A DNA stretch of 24,709 bases from Myxococcota bacterium (GTDB lineage Bacteria; Myxococcota; JACRCW01), in NCBI GenBank assembly GCA_040752415.1, contig JBFMGU010000161.1, positions 1 to 24,709 of the forward strand. Reading direction: 5' to 3'. Position numbers and translations under genes: made by a program. Positions 17,084 to 24,709 of this stretch are shown here, piece after piece (the stretch's first letter is position 1; each line of letters begins with the position of its first letter). The notes beneath the pieces were generated by a model. That model ran no database searches. It saw nothing but the letters and a program-made list of their open reading frames with translations, and was not told the origin of the DNA.

Positions 17084-18043
17084 TCACTTCACCGCGAGCC
17101 CAAAGAACTCCAGCGCCAGGGCCGTGGCGTCGGGACCGCGATGGTCACTGAAGGGAAGCCACCACGGGCCACCACTCCAGCCGTGTCCCATCCCGTGGAC
17201 CTGCACCAGCTCCACGCGCGCTCCCTCCACCGGGGGATAACGCGTCACGGTGTAGCCCAGGCCTCCGTCATCGCCGTCCCGCTCCACCACCTCCACCGGC
17301 GTGATGGCGCTCCGCCATCCGGCCTCGCCGTGCTCCAGGAGGTGGTTGGCCCCGGCAAACTGCTTGGCGGTCTGGGGCCCCTGATGCGGCAGGGAGATGA
17401 CGTCCCACGTCCCGTGGATCACCAGCACGGACACCGGCCGGCGCGCCCGTCCCTGCTCCAGACACCGCAGCGCGCGACGCGTCATGCGTTCCCGGGCCGG
17501 GGCCAGCTCGCCCAGGAGGGTGTCCGGCGGCAGGGCCACACCGTAGGGAGCGCCACCCACCACCGCGCCCGCCTCGAACACGTCCGAGCGACACGCGAGC
17601 AGGTGCGCGGTCATCACGCCGCCCGCCGAGAGGCCCATCACGTACGTGCGCGTCTTCAGGAGCGGAAAGCGCGCCTGGTAGTCCTTCACCAGCGCAACAA
17701 TCTCGTTCATCTCGTACGCGTCGTCGCCCAGGAACCAGTTCCAACACTTCCACGGATTGCGCAGCCGCGACTGCTCCGGCATCAACACCGCAAAGCCCCG
17801 CTGCTCCGCCCACTCCTCGAGACGCGTGGTCCGCAGGGAGTGCCAGGTGACCTGCTGGCAGCCGTGCAGGTACACCACCAGCGGAATGCGCTTGGCCGCG
17901 GGGGCCGACGCCGGGAAGTAGAAGCGGTGCCCCCACGCGCTGATCACCGTGGGCCCACGCGCGCCACGCTCATGCGCTAGACACCCCAGCGCCGAGCACC
18001 ACGCCACCACGACCACCAGCACGCTGCGCCACACGCCGCTCAT
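17084..18043 (-). CDS. Extracellular PHB depolymerase family esterase (LpqC-like)
   Basis: Signal peptide, PLVVYLHGCQQ, CWNWF, GLSAGG nucleophile elbow, HGTWD, GMGHGWSGG..FSDHRGPDAT. Confidence 0.92.
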   Translation of the reverse strand: MSGVWRSVLVVVVAWCSALGCLAHERGARGPTVISAWGHRFYFPASAPAAKRIPLVVYLHGCQQVTWHSLRTTRLEEWAEQRGFAVLMPEQSRLRNPWKCWNWFLGDDAYEMNEIVALVKDYQARFPLLKTRTYVMGLSAGGVMTAHLLACRSDVFEAGAVVGGAPYGVALPPDTLLGELAPARERMTRRALRCLEQGRARRPVSVLVIHGTWDVISLPHQGPQTAKQFAGANHLLEHGEAGWRSAITPVEVVERDGDDGGLGYTVTRYPPVEGARVELVQVHGMGHGWSGGPWWLPFSDHRGPDATALALEFFGLAVK

Positions 18044-18286
18044 CAGCGCGGGATTGAAGCGTAACCGGTCGATAGGGGCAACCTTGCGTGCGTTGGAGAC
18101 TCGTTTCCACGACGGAATACCGGCCGCGATTCAGATCCGGCTCAACAAAATGCAGCGGTCGGCCGGGTGCCCGGTGACGTCGATCTTTGTTTGAACATTG
18201 ATCTTCGCGCGCGTTACCAGTGGCGTTGCGTGCGGGAGCGTTCCCGTCGTGCGGGGCGCAGGACGTGCTCCACGGAGGAAACAGGA

Positions 18287-19330
18287 ATGAAGAGCTTGCT
18301 GGGTGGTGTGAGGATGGTGGCCTTGGCAGTCCTGGCGGTGGCGTGCGCGCAACCCGCAACCACCACGCCGACGGGGAGCGAGAACAACGGGATGCCGGCG
18401 TCCTATCGCGTGGTGCGGGGCAAGATGGTGTCCCCGCGCGGCATCCAGTTCAGCCACGTGGTGGCGGTGCGCGCGCAGACCGGCCCGGCCTCGTCGGTGC
18501 GGGCCCCGGTGGCGGCGGACGGCACGTTCTCGCTCCAGTTGCCCAGGGGCGCGCGTTACGTGGTGAGCGCGGAGTCCGGCGGACGCCTGGTGGCAACGCT
18601 GAAGTATCCGGCCAACGCCAGCGGTCAACGCACCGCGCTGCTGCCCGTGGCCGCCGCCCCCACCTCCGGCCAGGCGCTGGAGGACGAGACCGACCTGGGC
18701 CAGGTCACCGACGAGGGCACCGGCGAGGCTTCCACCGAGAACAACCCGCTGGAGCAGGAGGACTCCGACCAGGACGGCACCTCCGACTACGCCGACGATG
18801 ACGACGACGGCGACGGCCAGGATGACGCCGAGGACGAGGACGACGACAACAGCGGCGCGGCCGACGACGACGAGGACCACGATCAGGATGATGACGGCGA
18901 CATCGACGGCCTGGACGAGGATGACGACGGCGACGGCGAGATGGACGTGGCCGACGCGGACGACGACGGCGACGGCCTGCCGGACGAGGAGGAGGACGAC
19001 GCCGACGAGGACGGCGAGGCCGATGCCGAGGACGAGGACGACGACAACGACGGCATCCCCGACGCGGAGGACCCCGAGTCCGATGACGACGGCGTCTCCG
19101 ACACGCCCGATGACGCGGACGAGGACGGCGTGGCCGACGAGGCCGACACCGACGACGACGACGACGGCATCTCCGACGAGGCCGACACCGACGACGACAA
19201 CGACGGCATCTCCGACGAGGCCGAGGCTGAGGACGGCGACGCGGACGACGACGGTGAGCCGGACGAGACCGACACCGCCGACGGCGAAGACGGCACCGAC
19301 GGCGGTGAGGACTCCGGCACCAATCCCTGA
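18287..19330 (+). CDS. Lipoprotein with very acidic TSP3-like Ca2+-binding repeats
   Basis: GGAGGA RBS, lipobox LAVAC, ~190-aa D/E-rich tail with DxDDDNDGIxD units (near-exact 39-bp duplication, DEADTDDDxDGIS). Confidence 0.88.
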   Translation: MKSLLGGVRMVALAVLAVACAQPATTTPTGSENNGMPASYRVVRGKMVSPRGIQFSHVVAVRAQTGPASSVRAPVAADGTFSLQLPRGARYVVSAESGGRLVATLKYPANASGQRTALLPVAAAPTSGQALEDETDLGQVTDEGTGEASTENNPLEQEDSDQDGTSDYADDDDDGDGQDDAEDEDDDNSGAADDDEDHDQDDDGDIDGLDEDDDGDGEMDVADADDDGDGLPDEEEDDADEDGEADAEDEDDDNDGIPDAEDPESDDDGVSDTPDDADEDGVADEADTDDDDDGISDEADTDDDNDGISDEAEAEDGDADDDGEPDETDTADGEDGTDGGEDSGTNP

Positions 19331-19351
19331 CCCGCGGTCCCGAGGACGGAC

Positions 19352-19402
19352 GCCGGGCCTCCCTGCCACGGTGATGGGTGCGCTGGGAGGCCCGGTGCTT
19401 TT
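19352..19402 (+). terminator. Hairpin terminator between the convergent lipoprotein gene and recA
   Basis: 11-bp perfect stem CCGGGCCTCCC (19353-19363) / GGGAGGCCCGG (19385-19395), followed by TGCTTTT. Confidence 0.55.
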
Positions 19403-19411
19403 CCACCCCGC

Positions 19412-20446
19412 TCAGTTCAAAGCGTGGGAGCGGGTGGTCACGCGGCTGACGTTCTTGTGCGCCAGCACCTGCTCCTCCAGCGAGGAGAGCAGACCGGAGT
19501 TGGCGCGGAGCGCTTCCCGGGCCTTGTCGCGACCCTGTCCCAGGCGCTCACCCGCGGCGCTGATCCAGGTGCCGTTCTTCTCGATGATGCCGGCCTCCTC
19601 GCCCAGGTCCAGCAGCTCGCCCACCTTGCAGATGCCGCTGCCGTAGAGGAGGTCGAACTCCGCCTCACGGAACGGCGGGGCCATCTTGTTCTTCACCACC
19701 TTGACGCGCGTGCGGTTGCCGGAGGCGTTCTCACCGTCCTTGAGCGACTGCACGCGGCGCACGTCCAGGCGCACGCTGGCGTAGAACTTCAGCGCGTTGC
19801 CACCGGTGGTGGTCTCCGGGGAGCCGAACATCACGCCGATCTTGTTGCGGATCTGGTTGATGAACAGCACCGTGGCCTGCGTCTTGTGGATGGTGCCGGT
19901 GAGCTTGCGCAGCGCCTGGCTCATGAGGCGCGCCTGCAGACCCACGTGCTGGTCGCCCATCTCCCCCTCGATCTCCGCGCGCGGCGTCAGCGCGGCCACG
20001 CTGTCCACCACCACCAGGTCCACGGCGCCGCTGCGCACCAGCGTGTCGACGATCTCGAGCGCCTGCTCGCCGTTGTCGGGCTGGCACACCAGCAGGTCCT
20101 CCACGCGCACGCCCAGCCGACGGGCCCACGCCAGGTCCAACGCGTGCTCGGCATCCACGTACGCCACCACGCCACCCAGCCGCTGCGCCTCCGCCGTGGC
20201 GCTGAGCGCCAGGGTGGTCTTCCCACTGCTCTCCGGCCCGTACACCTCGACAATGCGCCCGCGCGGCAGGCCGCCAATGCCCAGCGCCACGTCCAGCGCC
20301 AGGCTCCCCGACGGGATGACACTGGGCTGCTCCGCCACCGTGCCCTCCTCACCCAGCAGCATCACCGCGCCCTTGCCAAACTGCTTCTCAATGGCGCTCA
20401 CCGCCGTGGCCAACGTCTTGTTGCTCTCCAGAAGACTTCCGCTCAT
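19412..20446 (-). CDS. recA: Recombinase RecA
   Basis: [86 protein letters not shown] before ATG 20446. Confidence 0.99.
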   Translation of the reverse strand: MSGSLLESNKTLATAVSAIEKQFGKGAVMLLGEEGTVAEQPSVIPSGSLALDVALGIGGLPRGRIVEVYGPESSGKTTLALSATAEAQRLGGVVAYVDAEHALDLAWARRLGVRVEDLLVCQPDNGEQALEIVDTLVRSGAVDLVVVDSVAALTPRAEIEGEMGDQHVGLQARLMSQALRKLTGTIHKTQATVLFINQIRNKIGVMFGSPETTTGGNALKFYASVRLDVRRVQSLKDGENASGNRTRVKVVKNKMAPPFREAEFDLLYGSGICKVGELLDLGEEAGIIEKNGTWISAAGERLGQGRDKAREALRANSGLLSSLEEQVLAHKNVSRVTTRSHALN

Positions 20447-20565
20447 GACATCTCCATGGCCTTCCACCACGTCGGGTGGAACGGCTCAAAATCCACGCGC
20501 CCATCCCGGGCAACCGTGGCAATCGTTGAAATTGCCCGCCGCCATTGGCGGACGCGGCGCCACAG

Positions 20566-20582
20566 AGCAGCACCCGTGCCAA
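20566..20582 (-). promoter_or_regulatory. Candidate sigma54 (-24/-12) promoter upstream of recA
   Basis: Minus strand TTGGCACGGGTGCTGCT gives GG-N10-GC, with one mismatch to TGGCACG-N4-TTGC. Confidence 0.6.
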
Positions 20583-20758
20583 GCGCGTTCTCCCTCGAGA
20601 ACCAGGCTGATGAGGGCGGCGGAGGTGTCCGGGATTTGGACAGGCTGACTGAAAATCGGACACCTGGCCCGCGCGGCCAAACGCGTGCGCCGGCAGGAGC
20701 GCGGAGCGTCACACCGGTGTGTATCCCAGGGTCCCCGGCACGCGGGGGCTGCGCCGGA

Positions 20759-21022
20759 ACAAGATGTCCAGCGGGACTGCGGACGTCGTGAGCGAGCCAC
20801 GACCTGGAGTGCGGCGGGCCCTCGCCGCCCTGGCCAGCGCCGAGTGGGTGGTACTCACGTCAACGGTCGACGGTCGCGCAGACGTCGACGCGCCCTCGCG
20901 GCCAGGCCGAGGACCAATCCACACGTTGATAACGCGCTCGGCGCTGGCCAGGGCGGCGAGGGCCCGCCGCACTCCAGGTCGTGGCCCGCCCACGACGTCT
21001 GCAATCCGGATGGGCATCTTGT
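20759..21022. repeat. Long inverted repeat (86-bp arms, 92-nt spacer); REPIN-like doublet of GGAG-type REPs
   Basis: 20759-20844 vs the reverse complement of 20937-21022 shows 7 mismatches, with the inner 49 bp identical. Each arm contains TGGAGT-GCGGCG-GGCCCT-CGCCGC. Confidence 0.9.
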
Positions 21023-21064
21023 AAAGCGGTACCCATTGAGATTGACCGGGGAAAGTGATGGCAA

Positions 21065-21335
21065 TTGGCCGCGGAATCGCAGACAGGAATGGCCGCGTCA
21101 CGGGCATTGAGCCGTCGCTGTCGTGTTCCCGCGGGGCATGGGGCCAATGGACCGTGGCGCAGCCATTCTTGTCTGCGATTCCGCGGCCAAGGCCATCTCC
21201 TCGCGGGTGTCACGTTTTCACCCGCCGCCACCACGGTCGACTTCCACAGCACCCTTTGGCCGGACTTCCACCGTGCGCCGTCGTCGCTGGCGACCCAGAT
21301 CCCTTCCCCATGGCCTGGGCATTCCTGTCTGCGAT
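21065..21335. repeat. Second inverted doublet (45/46-bp arms) plus a third partial copy; GTGG-type REP-like family
   Basis: 21065-21109 pairs with 21145-21190 (GTGG-CGCAGCCATTCTTGTCTGCG); the core CATTCCTGTCTGCGAT recurs at 21320-21335. Confidence 0.8.
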
Positions 21336-21359
21336 GCGCGAGGGCGCCTCAATCCACGG

Positions 21360-22352
21360 TCAACCTGTCCCGGAACCACGGTCTTGGGCGGCCCAGCATG
21401 TGGGCTCGGGGTGACCGACGCGCCAGGCAGCGGCGGCGCCGCGCAGGTCCTCCAGGCTCTTCACCCGGCCGAAATCCAGCGACTTGATGAAGCCCACGGT
21501 GTCCGACTGCAGCTCCTTGCCGCAGCGCTGACCGGTCCGCGTGCGCAGCGTCTGACCCGCATCCACCACCTGCTTCCACGCGCTGTCCTTGCCGGTCTTC
21601 ACCATGTCCTTGAGGCTCTCCTTGCCCGTGGCCTCGTCGGAGGTGGCCTGGCGCTGCTCCACCAGGCGCAACACCCCCTCCACCGTCATCTGGTCCAGCA
21701 TGTCCAGGTCATAGACCACCTGGCTCACGCGGCTGACCGGCGTGGGATAGTCGCGGTCACAGGTCTTGCTCACGTGACGACGATCCCGCCAGTCCATGTT
21801 GAACCCGCACGGACCCATGTGACGGAAGATGGCGTCGGCCACCACCACGCTGAATGCCACGCTGCGGTCGGAGAGGCGGTGCTTGATGGCGCGGATGCTG
21901 TTGAGGGCGCCGGTCTCGCCGTGCATGCAGTAGCGGTCCTTGGGGGAGACCTTGGGGAGGTTGTCCTTGAGCGCGTCGTGCAGGAGCGCCGCGGTGCGGA
22001 CCGCGCCCACGTGCGCGCCCTCCGCGCTGGCGAAACGAAGCGCGCGTTCCTCCATGCGCAGGCTGTGCAGGTCCGTGGCGCTGCCCGGCTGCACGAACTC
22101 ATGCAGCGCGCGCACCGCCGCACCGCGCTCCAGGGTGGTGAGGTCTCCTCCCAGCGAGGTCTCCGGGATCATGCCCACCAGGGTGCCCAGGAACCACAAC
22201 GCAAACCCGGTCCACCACGCGGTAGCGCCCAGCGCGGCGGTGGCCAGCGTGACCCGTCGGAAGCGACGCGCCCGCGGGCTGAAGAACAGGATGACCGGAC
22301 CCACCGTCCAGACGAACAGGGTCTCCAACACCTGGAGCAAACGGGCCTTCAT
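21360..22352 (-). CDS. Membrane-anchored HD-domain phosphohydrolase
   Basis: N-terminal hydrophobic segments, then LHSLRM..AALLHD..HGETGA..AIFRHMGP..VYDLDMLD; start taken at ATG 22352. Confidence 0.8.
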   Translation of the reverse strand: MKARLLQVLETLFVWTVGPVILFFSPRARRFRRVTLATAALGATAWWTGFALWFLGTLVGMIPETSLGGDLTTLERGAAVRALHEFVQPGSATDLHSLRMEERALRFASAEGAHVGAVRTAALLHDALKDNLPKVSPKDRYCMHGETGALNSIRAIKHRLSDRSVAFSVVVADAIFRHMGPCGFNMDWRDRRHVSKTCDRDYPTPVSRVSQVVYDLDMLDQMTVEGVLRLVEQRQATSDEATGKESLKDMVKTGKDSAWKQVVDAGQTLRTRTGQRCGKELQSDTVGFIKSLDFGRVKSLEDLRGAAAAWRVGHPEPTCWAAQDRGSGTG

Positions 22353-22452
22353 GCGCCATCCACCTCTTCCCCGGCACGGGGATGTCGCCATGTTAGCGGG
22401 CCGCGCCTGTCCGCGCTTGCTTCATGCCTCCGCTCACGTCCGCGTTGTGGTC

Positions 22453-23751
22453 CTACCGTTGTCCACCCCTGCGGTGACGACGGAAATACACCAGCAGCCC
22501 GACCAGCCAGGGGTTCGGCGGTGCGGACGCGCAGCTCCCCGGCGCGGGTGATGCCTCCTCCCCGGGGTCCTCCGGTGACGACGACACCGCCGTCCCTCCA
22601 TCCTCCGCCACCGGCGAGCTCTCCGCGCCGGCATCCGGCGTCCCGGGTTCCGCCGCGTCGGGAGGTGACCACGTCGCCGCATCGGTGGTCTCGGCCGCAT
22701 CCGCCGGCTCCCCCGCGTCCGGCGGCGCACCGGCGTCCGGCTCCGTCTCGACGGGCGCGGCGTCGGGTGACGACGAGGGGGACGCATCCGGACGTGACAC
22801 CACCCCCGCGTCACGCGGCACACCGGCGTCGGGAGTGGGCGCGGGGAGCGGGACCAGTCCCACGCTGCACCAGGTGGTCTCCCCCGACGTCACCGTGCAG
22901 GTCCGTTGCCCGTCCTGGTAGCCGTCCGCCGTGACCCGCACCACCACCTCGCCCGCTTGCGCGGTCAGGGTCCATTCCGCGTCGGCGCCGCTTGCCACGG
23001 TGGCGGTGTTGGTGCCCACCAATCTCACGCTGGCGCCGGTGATGCGGATGGACATGTCGGCGGTGCCCACGCCCTGGTCCTCGAACACCACGCCGCGCAC
23101 GGTGCCGGTCTGGGGTGCGGGATTTCCTCCGCCCCCCTCGCAGGTGTCGCCGGGCAGGCCGCCGTAGCTGCCCTGCTGGACCCAGTAGCTGACCGGTCCG
23201 GCGCAGTCGCCGCGGTAGGGATCGTCGGAGACGTTGTTGGCGTGGCGCACCTCGAAGTGCAGGTGGGGGCCGGTGCTGTTTCCCGACGAGCCCACCTTGC
23301 CAATCGCGGTGCCGCACGTCACCTGGTCACCCACGGAGACCAGGAGGGAGTTCTTCTTGAGATGCGCGTAGTAGGTGCGCTTCCCGTCGGCGTGGTCGAT
23401 GCGCACGTAGTTGCCAAAACCGTCCGCGCAGTCGCACGAGCCGGTGGTGCAGCGGTCAAAGCACCCGTCGCGCACCGCGGCCACCTCCCCATCCGCCGCC
23501 GCCACCACCACCCGGCTCCCGTCGTCGAAGACCGCGAAACCGCCAATGCCGATGTCCGTGCCCTTGTGGTTGTTGTACGTCTCGCTGCCGCACCGGTAGT
23601 CATCCAGCGCGTCGCCGGAATTGTTGTCGCGGTGCGCGGTGATGTAGGGCTGGGTGCCGCTGGCGGGTCGCCGGATGGGGAAGCGGTAGCTCTGCGCGTG
23701 CGCCGCGCCGGAGCACAACAACAGCAGCCAGGGCATGACGCGCGTGATCAC
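22453..23751 (-). CDS. Secreted M23 family peptidoglycan endopeptidase with carboxypeptidase-regulatory-like domain, PDA-rich stalk and MYXO-CTERM-like tail
   Basis: Signal peptide AHA-Q, HKGTD, GNYVRIDH..YYAHL, STGPHLHFEV; ends GSCASAPPNPWLVGLLVYFRRHRR; GTGA overlap with the upstream gene. Confidence 0.92.
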   Translation of the reverse strand: MITRVMPWLLLLCSGAAHAQSYRFPIRRPASGTQPYITAHRDNNSGDALDDYRCGSETYNNHKGTDIGIGGFAVFDDGSRVVVAAADGEVAAVRDGCFDRCTTGSCDCADGFGNYVRIDHADGKRTYYAHLKKNSLLVSVGDQVTCGTAIGKVGSSGNSTGPHLHFEVRHANNVSDDPYRGDCAGPVSYWVQQGSYGGLPGDTCEGGGGNPAPQTGTVRGVVFEDQGVGTADMSIRITGASVRLVGTNTATVASGADAEWTLTAQAGEVVVRVTADGYQDGQRTCTVTSGETTWCSVGLVPLPAPTPDAGVPRDAGVVSRPDASPSSSPDAAPVETEPDAGAPPDAGEPADAAETTDAATWSPPDAAEPGTPDAGAESSPVAEDGGTAVSSSPEDPGEEASPAPGSCASAPPNPWLVGLLVYFRRHRRGGQR

Positions 23752-24419
23752 GGCAGCACCCCCGTCGCGCCGCTGTCCACGTCAATGAACCAGGTGGCGT
23801 CGCCGGCGTCGTAGATGACGCGGGAGCCTTCCTGGCGCAGCACGCGCACCGGCGGCGGGACAAACCGGTCTCCCAGCGCGCCCGGCCGCGCGTGGTGGTT
23901 GGTGAGCTGGCGCCAGCCGCTCCCGTCGAGATTCGCCACGTACAACGACGCCACGCCCCCGCGGTCGGCCACGAAGAGCACCCGCCCGTCGGGCAGCACG
24001 GTGGGCTGGCCCTCCGCGCCGGGCCACGTGAGCCACGGCCGCGCCTTTGCGTCATCGACCTCGACGATCCACAGGTCGGCCTGGCCGGGCTCCTCGCTCC
24101 GCGTGGCCAGCACCTTCCCGTCCCCGAGCACCGCGGGCACGCCCACCACCGCATCCAGCAGCACGCGACGCTGCACTCCGTCGGTGAGCACCAACCGGCC
24201 CGGCTCGTCGACCACCACGGCGCGTCCGTCGGGGAGCACGGCGGAGGCACGCACGTGGCCCAGGTCCAGGCGCGCCACGCCGTCGTCAAAGTGGGCGGGC
24301 TGCACGCGTGGTTGGTCCGTCTCCGGACGGCCGGGCAAAGGCGCGCCCAGCTGCACGGCATCCACGGGTTGGGAGCACCCCAGCGCCGCGGCGAGGAGCA
24401 ACACGGAGATTCGAATCAT
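23748..24419 (-). CDS. TolB-like (PD40 beta-propeller) lipoprotein
   Basis: Lipobox ALGC; LTWPGAEGQPTVLPDGRVLFVADRGGVASLYVANLDGSGWRQLTN; start at ATG 24419 (alternative TTG 24428). Confidence 0.82.
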   Translation of the reverse strand: MIRISVLLLAAALGCSQPVDAVQLGAPLPGRPETDQPRVQPAHFDDGVARLDLGHVRASAVLPDGRAVVVDEPGRLVLTDGVQRRVLLDAVVGVPAVLGDGKVLATRSEEPGQADLWIVEVDDAKARPWLTWPGAEGQPTVLPDGRVLFVADRGGVASLYVANLDGSGWRQLTNHHARPGALGDRFVPPPVRVLRQEGSRVIYDAGDATWFIDVDSGATGVLP

Positions 24420-24528
24420 GGCGCGCAACCTAGGTCCGCGCCCGGAAGCTCCGCGTCCGCCAGGGGACCTCGGTCAGTTGTCCAGGGACGGTTGCGGTCC
24501 CGGAAATCCATGGGAAACGCGCAGGGGT

Positions 24529-24709
24529 GTGCGTCGCGAGCGCGAGTCGCGTCGCTGGTACCTGTCTCGAGTTTTCTCGTTCGGCGTGGGCTCGTCTGGT
24601 ACCCGCTTCGTCTTTCTCATCTCTTCGGTACCGCCTGCCTTCCGCCTTCCGTCTTTCCGTTTCGTTCTTCCGTGTTCCGTCGTGGTGCTCCTTGCTGTTG
24701 GGTTGAGAA
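24529..24709 (-). repeat. Dispersed ~180-bp repeat, right copy, truncated by the window end
   Basis: Reverse complement of 179-361 with three differences. Confidence 0.97.

Noticed and set aside
20486..21487. Small ORFs between recA and the HD gene
   Set aside because: They are translations of the inverted repeats (the same peptide appears on both strands), not genes.

Overview
High-GC (~70% by eye) bacterial chromosomal segment, most likely Myxococcota (DAG/PDAG-linker lipoproteins, a MYXO-CTERM-like tail, and a recA resembling the second myxobacterial paralog). It holds about 18 genes: a hypothetical exported protein; a tight 3-gene operon (basic protein with nine tandem xSRPSTGSGKG-type repeats, a divergent NadE/NAD-synthetase-like PP-loop enzyme, and a small hypothetical protein); an EamA transporter; TetR with a divergent MacB/FtsX-type ABC transporter; an L-domain/LRR-like lipoprotein; a GFA protein; a 1369-aa beta-helix surface lipoprotein; a GT-C-like membrane protein; a PHB-depolymerase-family esterase; an Asp-rich lipoprotein; recA; a membrane-anchored HD protein; an M23 peptidase; and a TolB-like lipoprotein. 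The non-coding DNA is rich in structure. A ~180-bp repeat sits at both window ends in inverted orientation and continues on the left as a decaying 4-unit array beside a structured, IS110-end-like segment. Two REPIN-like inverted doublets lie upstream of recA, and there are candidate TetR, WYL-type and sigma54 sites. The best candidate for an undescribed system is the repeat-peptide plus NadE-paralog operon at 2228-4208, a possible new peptide-modification (RiPP-like) pathway.
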